A DNA stretch of 32,000 bases from Candidatus Baldrarchaeota archaeon. Lineage in GTDB: Archaea > Asgardarchaeota > Baldrarchaeia > Baldrarchaeales > DXJG01. The DNA is taken from positions 210,001 through 242,000 of the forward strand of contig DXJG01000004.1 of assembly GCA_019056805.1 (NCBI GenBank). Reading direction: 5' to 3'. The notes under the pieces are model-generated. The model made no database searches, had not been told where the DNA came from, and saw only the letters and a list, made by a program, of their open reading frames with translations. Within the stretch, counting starts at the first letter, position 1; every line of letters begins with the position of its first letter. Shown here piece after piece: positions 9,436-19,145 of this stretch. The position numbers were made by a program, and so were the translations under genes.

Positions 9436-10362
9436 TTATTTATCGCTTGAACCTATCTTATATAAGCTGTATACTCCAGCTAACATTAATATTCCTGAAA
9501 AAATTTGTGTTAATATAATTTTTTCTTGGAGAATTATCACAGCGAAAATTGTGCCAAAAATTGCAGATGTTGCGTATATTGTACTCGTTCTACCCGCTCC
9601 TATATAATGCAACGCTGAAATATAAAACACTAGCGATACCCCTATACTAAACAAGCCGATAAACGCTAAAAATATTATCTGGGTTAAGTTAAGATTGAAT
9701 GGAATACCTAACAATATACATAAAATCGTAACCAAACACCCGCCGATAAGAGACTTGAAACCCGCAACTTCTATGACATCGCCCTCAATGCTTAGCACTC
9801 TACTTAACGTATTATCTACACTCCACAAAAAACAACCAATTAATACAAGTAAGTTTCCAAGCAGTTTCTCTGCCAGTTTCAATGAAGTAAATTCTAAGTT
9901 CGTAGCCAAAAATACAGCTCCAGATAGCGTTGCAATCACCGGTAAAATCTCCTTTTTCCTTAACCTTTCTCCTAACAGAAGACAAGCAAGCATTATCGTG
10001 AAAATATTTTCCGTTATAGATAGAAAAGAAGCATTAATAACTGTAGTCAGCTGTAATCCGTAAAGAAATATGAAAGGTGCCAAGACAGATCCAAATAAAA
10101 CCATACCCAATAGTATCTTAAGATCCTTTAGGCTAAGAGTAGGAAATGCCCTATGTTTTAACCCTAGAAAACCGTAAAGCGGCTTAAGTTTAAATGAGGA
10201 TTGTACCCTAATGGTTACAAGAAATACTCCTGAAACTAGATAGATAAGGCCAGCAACAAGCAAAGGATGAAGATCATTCAACAAAATCTTACTTAAAACA
10301 CTACCAACACCAAATAACAACGCTGCAAGTAAAGCAGACATATAACCCCAATGATGAGCCAT
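9436..10362 (-). CDS. DMT/EamA family transporter
   Basis: About 10 hydrophobic segments in two repeats; LYGLQLTT...ASFLS...LGERL and ALHYIGAGRTS...ILQEKI. Confidence 0.88.
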   Translation of the reverse strand: MAHHWGYMSALLAALLFGVGSVLSKILLNDLHPLLVAGLIYLVSGVFLVTIRVQSSFKLKPLYGFLGLKHRAFPTLSLKDLKILLGMVLFGSVLAPFIFLYGLQLTTVINASFLSITENIFTIMLACLLLGERLRKKEILPVIATLSGAVFLATNLEFTSLKLAEKLLGNLLVLIGCFLWSVDNTLSRVLSIEGDVIEVAGFKSLIGGCLVTILCILLGIPFNLNLTQIIFLAFIGLFSIGVSLVFYISALHYIGAGRTSTIYATSAIFGTIFAVIILQEKIILTQIFSGILMLAGVYSLYKIGSSDK

Positions 10363-10477
10363 TTCTATACCCCTTTATTACTCAATTTACTCATAATTAT
10401 ACTATTATTTACGATTAACGATCATTTTATCCGGTTAACACTTTAAACAATTTCCAGACTATCCTTAAATAGTAAGC

Positions 10478-10888
10478 TTATAATTCCTTGTATACCCGCG
10501 CTATCGACTCTCCCCCGACATGTAACTTGAATTCTAAAAAGTAACCGAAAGGAGTAGTAAAGACAGGTATACCTCTCTTAGTAATCTTGTTTTTTAACCA
10601 TTTGATTGCCTCACATGCAAATTCTGGTGAAGATTTACTAGACGACAAATGAGCAAAAGAATGAAGTACTATTTTATCTGCACCACATTTCCTTGCGTGC
10701 CACAAAATGTTTTTCAAAGCTTTTCTAAGAACTTTATCCTTTTCTAGTTCATCTTTCTCCTCGGTGTGAATAAAAATCAAAGATGCATTTGAAAAACTTT
10801 CTTCTAAATCTACGTCTTTGACCGTGGGAATGTTCTTTTGAGCAGTTTTGTACCAAAACTCTTTTACATGAAACATTAAAAGCCTCAA
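10478..10888 (-). CDS. Free-standing archaeal-type threonyl-tRNA synthetase editing domain (DTD-like fold)
   Basis: MRLLMFH, LHSFAHLSSSKSSP and TPFGYFLEFKLHVGG match the ThrRS editing-domain motifs; no catalytic domain is attached. Confidence 0.82.
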   Translation of the reverse strand: MRLLMFHVKEFWYKTAQKNIPTVKDVDLEESFSNASLIFIHTEEKDELEKDKVLRKALKNILWHARKCGADKIVLHSFAHLSSSKSSPEFACEAIKWLKNKITKRGIPVFTTPFGYFLEFKLHVGGESIARVYKEL

Positions 10889-10941
10889 AATAAATCCCTC
10901 AATTATTGATGAGCTAAAAAGGATAAAGTAAAGTTAAGAGG

Positions 10942-11647
10942 TTATTCCACAGTGTAATATATTCTTTTTCTGCCTTTTCCCACGTTTTTAGCTTTAAGAA
11001 ACTTTATTGTACCTATTTCTTTGGTGTTAGCTACATGAGGCCCTCCATCTGCTTGAATATCAATGTTCTCAATTTCCACTATTCTTAGAACGTCTATCTT
11101 TGGCGGTAGTTTTTCAGCTAACTTAACTAAGCCAGGAGTTTTTAAAACATCTTCTCTCTTCATATAATATATTTTAACGGGATGTCCTTCTTTAGCTAGC
11201 TTATCAGCATCAGCAACAATTTGCTCAAAAAGTTCTCTATCCATTTTTTCAAAACTGAAATCTAAATGACCCTTTTCTAATGTTATATTTCCTCCTGTTA
11301 TTAAAACACCGAAATTACTGTAAGCAACGCCAACAATTACGTGAGCCGCTGTATGCAACTTCATAATCCTGTATCGTTTTTCCCAATCAATTTTACCCGT
11401 TACAGTTACGCCTATCGGAATATCACCTTGAACTTCATGAACAACTACGTCTCCTTCTGAATAGACAAAATTTACTGGAAACTCTCTATTTTCATAAACA
11501 ATAACTCCAGTATCTGAAGGTAAACCACCACCACGAGGATAAAAAGCCGTTCTATCAAGAACAATACCATTTTCCCTTTTATCAATGACCTTCGCTTCAA
11601 AGACCTTTTAAATAAGAATCATCAAGATAAAGTTTCTCAGTCTTCAT
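10942..11647 (-). pseudogene. alaX: Alanyl-tRNA editing protein AlaX-M, frameshifted by +1 near the 5' end (pseudogene or sequence error)
   Basis: ATG at 11647 after a GGAGGT RBS gives MKTEKLYLDDSYLK and then stops. Removing one base from the T4 run at 11606-11609 gives VFEAKVID...LDRTAFYPRGGGLPSDTG...DWEKRYRIMKLHTAAH, which joins the 10942..11364 ORF (HTAAH, DGGPHV). Confidence 0.88.
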
Positions 11648-11796
11648 AATAGTACCTCCCAATCAACAACTAAAATTTAGTATACCGAATATGTTAATAT
11701 AATTATCCTTCTTTCCATGCATAAAAAGATAATTTAACAAATTTAAATCACAAAGCCTAACATATTATCAATAATCATTATCCATATGAAGTTAAG

Positions 11797-12528
11797 TTAT
11801 TCCTTAAACACTTCTTGAAGTTTGACAATTATTTTATTTTTTACAATATTTATCGAAATTTTGCTTTGAAACTTTAATTCATATAAGTTCAAGAAAACTG
11901 GACCGCCCAATATAGAAGACGCGATGAAACCTCTATAGTAATGGTAATATAGTAGTTTTAGAGAAGCTGGAAAGATCCATGGGGAAACTATTGAAAGAAC
12001 AAATAGTATCGTTAAAACAGTGTAGACTAAGCTTGTAAAATTCTTAAATAGGTTTCTAATACCAACATTAAGCTCATTGTATCTGTCAAGTTTCTCAAAA
12101 GTCTTGTACATGATTTGTTGAATGATCAACATTCCAAGGATAATTCCAAAGACTTCAGAAAAAATGTTTAAAACTTTTAAGCTTGAGAAACTCTGTTCAA
12201 CTCTAATTGTATAATAGAGATTTAAACCAACGAAAAGAGTATAGAAAAAGAAAATAATTTTACAAATAGCTCCTAGAACACCCATTGTAGTCCTATAAGG
12301 GAATATAAAGAAAAATAATCTGAGTGATTTAAATATGCTGGATCCCTTAATAAAGGCTACAGCGACTTTTCTCTCCTTAGTTAATACATACAGTTTTTTA
12401 TTTTTAGATATTAGGTTACCAAACTTTTTAAGGTGAAATGCAAGGGTACCGGGTTCCTTTATACCTGTAAGCTTTATAATTTCACTATATGACAATTCAT
12501 CTTTTTGATCAAGAAGCAAAAATATCAA
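11797..12528 (-). CDS. Winged-HTH protein fused to transmembrane segments
   Basis: ELSYSEIIKLTGIKEPGTLAFHLKKFGNLISK HTH followed by 4-5 hydrophobic helices; the start is uncertain (TTG). Confidence 0.6.
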   Translation of the reverse strand: MIFLLLDQKDELSYSEIIKLTGIKEPGTLAFHLKKFGNLISKNKKLYVLTKERKVAVAFIKGSSIFKSLRLFFFIFPYRTTMGVLGAICKIIFFFYTLFVGLNLYYTIRVEQSFSSLKVLNIFSEVFGIILGMLIIQQIMYKTFEKLDRYNELNVGIRNLFKNFTSLVYTVLTILFVLSIVSPWIFPASLKLLYYHYYRGFIASSILGGPVFLNLYELKFQSKISINIVKNKIIVKLQEVFKE

Positions 12529-12690
12529 CCTCCTTTTAGTATTTTTAACGCCACATAAACATTGTTACTAAGACAATAATTACACCTTGATCTTACATTG
12601 CAAATATTTCTTTGATGACTTTAAATTAGCTTTAACAACTTAAATAAAATAAAATTATGGTTTAAGACAATGACTAAAATAAAAGGGAGA

Positions 12691-13218
12691 TTAGATGAGT
12701 GTGATCTGTTTTTCACCAGATGGAATAGTGAAGGTAACTGTTATTGTTCTTGTTAGTTCAACTACTGTTACTCCACCAGGAGTCGTTACTTTCAGATGGA
12801 ATTCTATGACCAATGTAAAGTTTCCACTTCCCTGAAGCCCTTCATTGGGCCCTATTATTAATTCAAAATTATGTTTTCCTCCTTCACCGATTTTTAACGG
12901 TTCAAAACTCAATTCTGTACCAGTTGGTGTTTTTAATGTAAACTTTATTGTAAGATCAACGACATTCGTCATTGCAGTAGGTTCAGAAGACGTTACTCTC
13001 GGTTTCCCTCTTTTCATCAACATATAATCGAGTTGAGAAACATTTTCCACCGATATATCTACTTGTGGGACCAAGGGCCCAATTTTTACCATGGTAGGAG
13101 AAGATATTGTTGCTGAACCACTTACAATTGCTATGGTTACATTTTGTGTATTTAAATAGAAAAATCCACCCCCAAAAATCAAGATAAGCACTATTAAGGC
13201 GATCGCATTTTTCTTCAT
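12691..13218 (-). CDS. Secreted or membrane-anchored beta-rich hypothetical protein
   Basis: MKK plus a hydrophobic stretch (signal peptide or anchor), followed by alternating beta-strand pattern; GGTGA RBS. Confidence 0.7.
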   Translation of the reverse strand: MKKNAIALIVLILIFGGGFFYLNTQNVTIAIVSGSATISSPTMVKIGPLVPQVDISVENVSQLDYMLMKRGKPRVTSSEPTAMTNVVDLTIKFTLKTPTGTELSFEPLKIGEGGKHNFELIIGPNEGLQGSGNFTLVIEFHLKVTTPGGVTVVELTRTITVTFTIPSGEKQITLI

Positions 13219-13667
13219 AAAATACTCACCACAGGTTATTTTATCCTATTCATTCTTGACGTAAACTTCTAATATTCTTTTCGTCTAACGTAAAACACAA
13301 AAATTACTATACTTTTTATTACTAATTTTAAGATGAAAATCGGTTTTGTTCGTAATAAACTATTCGGAAACTTTCGGAAAAGTAAAATTATTCGCTTTAA
13401 GCTATTTGCTGAGAAGCAAAGGACATATAAACATGTCTAAATTCCTAATATGTTAGAAATGAGACTCAAATGTAAAAGTTATCTGGTTTAGTGGCTGTTT
13501 TTTGATTCATGAAACTTGTATAAGGTGTTTTGTAAAGAAAGGTATCAAAATGTCTATAATTTCTAGAAAGTTTAATAAATAATCTTATGTTATAAATAGG
13601 ATAACCTAGTTTGAAAATCTAGCCTTCCATTTTGAAATAGACCACTACAATAGTGGAGTGATAAGTT

Positions 13668-14525
13668 ATGGTAGAAATATCAGAATCTCCTCTTCAAGAA
13701 GTTAAGAAATTCACAGAAAGAGCAACAGTTGCCATAGCAAAAATAGAAGACGTACTTGCAGGAATCGTTTCAGCCATAGTTGCAATAGCAGGACTTGTCG
13801 CAGCAAACATCCTACAAATAACCGCACAACCAGAACAGTTCAAAGGTTTAATGAATGCCATAATGCTTGGAGCTGTAGCAATATGGGCATTCGTAAGATT
13901 CATAAGCATGTACAGTGCCCGTTTCATGGAAAAATCAGTCCTACGTGCAGCGTACTTCACATTTGTAATGAACTCAGCCATCCTCATATACTCCTACAAA
14001 CTATACCTTACTAATAATCCAATATGGCCCTACATGCTTGCATTATCCTCAGCAATAGTTGCAACAGCCTTTGTCCTCAGCCTTCTTGGATACGGATTAT
14101 TTAAAGCTTTACGACGCCGAGAACTATTAGAGGAAACCATAAAATCCCAAGAAGAATTATTCAAAGAAATTTTAGAATCACCCAAAGTTCCATCCGAAGT
14201 TAAAGATAAAATCGTAGAATTAAGATTAAGAAACCTTAGACTCATAGATACATTAATAATTTCAACACAAAAATATGCCAGTCTCTCAAGAGGCTCAAAT
14301 GTTTTAGCTCAAGCTATTTTGATAGCAGCAATAGCAACGGGTACATCAGCCATTGTTGGAGGCATAGCAGCAGCAACCATTTCGGGGGAGACATTTCTAT
14401 GGGCTGGAATAACCGAAACAGTCGCCATAATTATAGTAGGACTTCTAGTATGGTACCTTACTCGCATTCAAGAAAGAGTAATTAGCGAGGAATTCGCAAC
14501 ACTTTTAAGCATAGCAAGAGCCTAA
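13668..14525 (+). CDS. Hypothetical membrane protein with about 6 TM helices and a central charged coiled-coil
   Basis: GGAGTGA RBS; four hydrophobic helices, a charged helical linker (RRRELLEETIKSQEELFKEIL...), then two more helices. Confidence 0.75.
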   Translation: MVEISESPLQEVKKFTERATVAIAKIEDVLAGIVSAIVAIAGLVAANILQITAQPEQFKGLMNAIMLGAVAIWAFVRFISMYSARFMEKSVLRAAYFTFVMNSAILIYSYKLYLTNNPIWPYMLALSSAIVATAFVLSLLGYGLFKALRRRELLEETIKSQEELFKEILESPKVPSEVKDKIVELRLRNLRLIDTLIISTQKYASLSRGSNVLAQAILIAAIATGTSAIVGGIAAATISGETFLWAGITETVAIIIVGLLVWYLTRIQERVISEEFATLLSIARA

Positions 14526-14626
14526 ACACTCCAAACTCCGTTATCTCTCAACCCGCAGCAAACATATAACACGAAATTATCCACCCATTTTTATTATTTT
14601 ACAATTTTCAGGATCGTGATTAAACA

Positions 14627-17600
14627 ATGACAAAAAAATTTTATATCGGAATTCTAATGGAAAATGGAAAAGAAAGAATGCTAATTAAATCAAAAGACTT
14701 AGTAACACATGCTTTTGTCTGTGGCGCAAGCGGTAGTGGCAAAACAGTAACATGTAAAGCTATTCTCGAAGAAGCAGTTCTTAATGATATTCCAGTTGTA
14801 GCTATTGATCCTAAGGGAGACATTGGCGGAGTGGCTTTCGCCGTTAAAGAACCCAAGCCGGAGGAGTTTGTTAAATGGTGTAAGCCAGAAGCAGAGGCAA
14901 CAGGAAAACCCGTAGAGGAACTGGCAAAAGAATTTGCTGAACTATATAAACGTAAATTCGAAGAATATGGTATTGATGGAGGAAGAACTAAGAAATTTCA
15001 TGACAAAATAATGGCGTTCATTTTTACTCCTGGTAGCGGATTAGGTTTACGTTTAAAAATTGAACCAGAACTTGAGCCACCAAAAGATTATGATAGACTT
15101 TTAATAGAAGATCCAGAAGCAATTGAAAATACAATACAATTTGAATTACTTCCACTATTAAAAATGGCAGGCTACAAAAATATTGAATCAACAAGCAAAG
15201 AATATGTTTTCCTTTCAGAAATAGTCAAAGATGCATGGTCTAAAGGGAAAAAGGTAGATTTAAAATATTTAATTAATGCAACATACAACCCGCCAATCAT
15301 TAAAATCGGCGTTATTCCCGTTGATGAATTCATACGTAAAAAAGAACGAAAAAGGCTTGCGGAAAGACTTAACACAGTAGCATTGTCAGCAGCCGGTGGC
15401 ATACCCTTCGACCTAGATATGCTGATTGAAAAGGCGAGAGAACAAAATAAAACACCCGTAATAATTTTCGATTTAAGATGGACCTTAGATCAAGCTGAAA
15501 AAGAAGCGCTTATAGCAAAAGTCACCAATCACATTTATCAATGGATGCTCAAAAAGGGAGGAGCAAGCGACCTCCGTCTCCTATTCTACTTCGATGAAGT
15601 ATACGGATTTCTACCACCATATCCAAGAAATCCTTTAAGTAAACGATACATCATGCTTCTCATAAAACAGGGAAGAGCCTTCGGCGTTGGATGTGTTCTT
15701 GCCACTCAAAATCCTGGCGACGTAGATTATAAAATTCTTACAAATGTAAGCACATGGATAATAGGAAGACTTCTTACAAAAAGAGATAGAGACAAAATAG
15801 GAGAAGGACTAAGAAGCTTCCTCGATGCACAAGGAGGGAAAGTTGAACATTACAAATACTTAATGACATCTTTAAGCAGACTAAAAACAGGAGAATTTCT
15901 ATTTTACAACCCTAATCTAGGACCACCAAGATTGATGAAAACAAGATGGCTAATGACCTTCCACCGTGGACCTTTAGTTGAAGAAGAAATCAAAGAAATC
16001 ATTGGCAAAATAGCCATAATGCCGCCTAAAGAGATGGAAGCAAAAGAAATTGCAGAACTTGAATATGAAATTTCCCCTGCAAAACCAGAAATCGTGCAAC
16101 TTAAAGAACAATTTTTAAAATCAAAAGTTTCTCCCAAGAAAGTCAAAGACCTTGTAAAAGAACTTGTAAAAGGGAACTACGATTTAAAAATCGAAGAACA
16201 ACATTTCTTCTATGTTCCTCTACTAATGTTAAAAGCCAAGGTTTCGATGAAAAAGAGGTTTCCAGCTGTAAGAGGAAGTATAGAAATAGGCAATTTCATT
16301 TTTGAAAGGGTTATACCATTAACTCAGAAAAATATAGACTGGGATGCAGAAAGCTTCATGGGACTATCTCTCAAAAATTTAAAACATGACGATTTTACAT
16401 CAAAGCCACATAAAGCTGAGTATGCCATACCAGTTCACAAAGATCCCTCAAAACTCCTAGACTATTTCCTAAGTGTATATCTCAGTAAAAACACATCACT
16501 CTACATAGATAAAGTCTCAAAAACAGTAGAAGAATTCTACAACAAGATATTAAAACAAAAGATTTCGGAATTGGAAGAAAAATACGGCAAAAAGATCTCA
16601 AAACTGGAAGTTAAAATAAAACAGACAGAAGCAGAACTTAGATCAATGGAAATTCAAGAAGGAGTTGAAGAAGAAAAGAAAACACAGTTGCTTGAGGAAT
16701 TTGAAAGAACAGGTGACCAGAAAATACAGCTTAAAATTAAAAGTGTAGAGTCAAGTTTAGCGCGAATACGGGGTAAAATAGAAAAATTAAAACTGCAACT
16801 TGAACAACTACAAAAAGAACTAAAGGAATTAAAAGAAGATAAGCAGGAAAAAATAGAAGAGATCAGAAATGAAATAATTACAGCGAAAGAAATGGAAATC
16901 ACCGATGAATGGGTACTCCCCAAATCTAATGAAATAACTCTACTTGAATCCATGGTTCTCTGGGTACCCTACATATATGCAATTGTAAAAATCAAAAACA
17001 AAAACACAAGTAAAACCTTAAAAATTAAAATCAGAACTTTCGATATAACAGGAGAAATAGGAAACTGCGAAGTATGCGGAAAAACGCTCACCAGAGGATA
17101 CGTCTGTGACTACTGCCTAACACTCCTATGCGAAGAAGACTTAAAACAATGCAATGTATGTCGAACAATAATTTGTCCAGAACATGCCCAAAAATGCGAA
17201 TATTGCAACGCTGCACTTTGCAATAAACACGCATTCAAATGCGACACCTGTAATGGTATCTACTGTCCTAAACATGCTAAACACGAAGTACATGCACCAA
17301 AACCCAAACCAAAAATAAAACCAATAACTGAAATCAAAATACAGCTAGAAGGAATTGAAATCCCAGGAGCAGAGCTCATCGTCAGACACGCAATAAACCT
17401 AATAAGCAGATTAACACCCCTAGAAAGAGAAATACTACGAATTGTAAAACGGTTCGGCAGAATAAGCGTTGCGGCTTTGATAGACAAGTATCCAGTTGAA
17501 GAATTTGACAAAAGCATTCGCAATTTAACACGGTTAGGCTTAATTAAAAAAGAAAAAGGAAAACTAATCTACACCTTCCCAAACCTAATCAAAAGACTTA

Positions 17601-17668
17601 TACTCGTCAAAGCACGAGAAGACGCCATAAACGAATTAACTAAAAGAATAGAGAAAGCCCTGCTTTAA
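14627..17668 (+). CDS. HerA/FtsK-superfamily ATPase (DUF87/DUF853-like) with coiled-coil, Cys/His zinc-finger repeats and a C-terminal wHTH
   Basis: Walker A GASGSGKT, AIDPKGD, Walker B YFDEVYG, KQGRAFGVGCVLATQNP; long E/K/Q coiled-coil; CxxC-x4-C-x2-H repeats. Confidence 0.85.
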   Translation: MTKKFYIGILMENGKERMLIKSKDLVTHAFVCGASGSGKTVTCKAILEEAVLNDIPVVAIDPKGDIGGVAFAVKEPKPEEFVKWCKPEAEATGKPVEELAKEFAELYKRKFEEYGIDGGRTKKFHDKIMAFIFTPGSGLGLRLKIEPELEPPKDYDRLLIEDPEAIENTIQFELLPLLKMAGYKNIESTSKEYVFLSEIVKDAWSKGKKVDLKYLINATYNPPIIKIGVIPVDEFIRKKERKRLAERLNTVALSAAGGIPFDLDMLIEKAREQNKTPVIIFDLRWTLDQAEKEALIAKVTNHIYQWMLKKGGASDLRLLFYFDEVYGFLPPYPRNPLSKRYIMLLIKQGRAFGVGCVLATQNPGDVDYKILTNVSTWIIGRLLTKRDRDKIGEGLRSFLDAQGGKVEHYKYLMTSLSRLKTGEFLFYNPNLGPPRLMKTRWLMTFHRGPLVEEEIKEIIGKIAIMPPKEMEAKEIAELEYEISPAKPEIVQLKEQFLKSKVSPKKVKDLVKELVKGNYDLKIEEQHFFYVPLLMLKAKVSMKKRFPAVRGSIEIGNFIFERVIPLTQKNIDWDAESFMGLSLKNLKHDDFTSKPHKAEYAIPVHKDPSKLLDYFLSVYLSKNTSLYIDKVSKTVEEFYNKILKQKISELEEKYGKKISKLEVKIKQTEAELRSMEIQEGVEEEKKTQLLEEFERTGDQKIQLKIKSVESSLARIRGKIEKLKLQLEQLQKELKELKEDKQEKIEEIRNEIITAKEMEITDEWVLPKSNEITLLESMVLWVPYIYAIVKIKNKNTSKTLKIKIRTFDITGEIGNCEVCGKTLTRGYVCDYCLTLLCEEDLKQCNVCRTIICPEHAQKCEYCNAALCNKHAFKCDTCNGIYCPKHAKHEVHAPKPKPKIKPITEIKIQLEGIEIPGAELIVRHAINLISRLTPLEREILRIVKRFGRISVAALIDKYPVEEFDKSIRNLTRLGLIKKEKGKLIYTFPNLIKRLILVKAREDAINELTKRIEKALL

Positions 17669-17873
17669 ATAATACCATGAAAACCATATTTATTTTTAAT
17701 ATTAGACAATTATTAAGGTGAAATTCTTTTGCTGATTATGTTACTAAATTATTTATAATGATGCTAAACAGTACTGCATCACAGTACTTTAACCGTAACA
17801 TATTTATAGTGTACAAAGTGGTTACGAGGTAAATTTTAGACTTGCCACACTTGATTTTTTAGGGGATACAACA

Positions 17874-19069
17874 TTGGAAGAGATAGATACTTCCATCGAA
17901 GGTAGTTCGAAGAAGAAAAATGTTCAAGTGTTGTTTGCTCAGTCTGTAATAGATGGTTTTGGAGCCAATATGTTTCACATAGTGTGGCAACCCTTTGTAT
18001 TAACGTTAAATCCTTCAATGGCATTTTTGGGAGGAATTTCAAGTATTTATTCGTTGACAGCAACTCTTGTGCAACCCATAGCTGGTAAAATGGCTGACAT
18101 ATCTGGAAGAAAAAGACACTTAATACTTGGAAGCATACTCCTCTCCTTAGCACTTCTACTCTATGCTGTAGCAACCTCATGGGTCCTCTTGGTCCCGGGA
18201 GTAATTTTAATGGGATTATCAATGGCATTTTCTAGTCCATCATGGACAGCTCTAACAGCAGAATCAGTTGGAAAGAAAGAGGAATGACGTTTGGAGTTCT
18301 CATAGCTTCATCTGTATTAACTGGAATTGTCGCAGCTACAATAACATGGCTACTGGTAGGTTGGAAAGGCTTAAGAATAATATTTTGGACATACTTCGCA
18401 GCAACACTAACAAACTTAATCTTGACTGCACTGTTTTTAGAAGAAACACTAAATACAGCAATCCAAACGGAATACCATAGGCATCTTAACATTAGAACAC
18501 TATTTAAAGAAACATTTAAACCGGAAAGAAAGCTGAAAGGCTTTTATCTTATCGTGTCTCTTGATGCTTTTGCTTGGGGTCTTGGAATGCAAATTCTATA
18601 TGGAATGCTTTCAGATCAATTGGGAGTTACGATAGGGCAGTTATCAATACTTACAGCAGTATTTGCAGCGTCAATGGGCTTATCCCAAGTGCCCATAGGA
18701 AAACTTGTAGATAAACATGGAAGAAAACCCTACATAATGATTTCAGAACTAATAGGAATCATAGTAATAGCAGGATTCGCCTTCACAGCAAATTTCACAA
18801 TATTCATAGTATTACAAGTTTTATTGGGTTTATGTGTAGCAACATGGGTACCAGCAGTACTAGCGTACATATCAGATCAAGTAGAAGAAGCTAGAAGAGC
18901 AGAGGCAATTGGAAAATATTCAGCTTTCAGAGGATTAATATCGTTTCCAGCACCAACAATAGGAGGTATACTATACGATTTCTGGGGAATGCAAGCCCCA
19001 CTATTAGTCAACCTAATCCTAGTAATCATATGTGTCCCGTTAATCAACAAGCTAATACATGAAACCTAA
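17874..19069 (+). pseudogene. MFS transporter split by a one-base deletion (pseudogene or sequence error)
   Basis: MFS motif A appears in both halves (GKMADISGRK; GKLVDKHGRK). Adding one A to the run at 18272-18274 fuses 17874..18287 and 18242..19069 as ...AESVGKERGMTFG.... Confidence 0.85.
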
Positions 19070-19145
19070 CTTTACTTTCTATTGATTCCATTTGGTTCAA
19101 AATTTGTGTGGATGAGTTTGTTACCAATTAAAAGAATTAAGGATT

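Noticed and set aside
395-10063. Antisense ORFs such as 395..643, 1169..1456, 2263..2475, 3384..3572, 4530..4898, 5797..5979, 6126..6359, 7594..8106 and 9695..10063
   Set aside because: They lie opposite well-supported genes, have Ser/Ile/Phe-rich shadow composition and show no motifs.
11603-11612. T TTA AAA slippery heptamer as a programmed -1 frameshift in alaX
   Set aside because: It fits X XXY YYZ, but restoring AlaX needs a +1 shift; the -1 frame is not the AlaX frame.
13668-17668. Calling the pair cedA/cedB or herA/nurA
   Set aside because: There is no recognisable CedA sequence similarity and no NurA/Mre11/Rad50 neighbours; only the functional analogy is kept.
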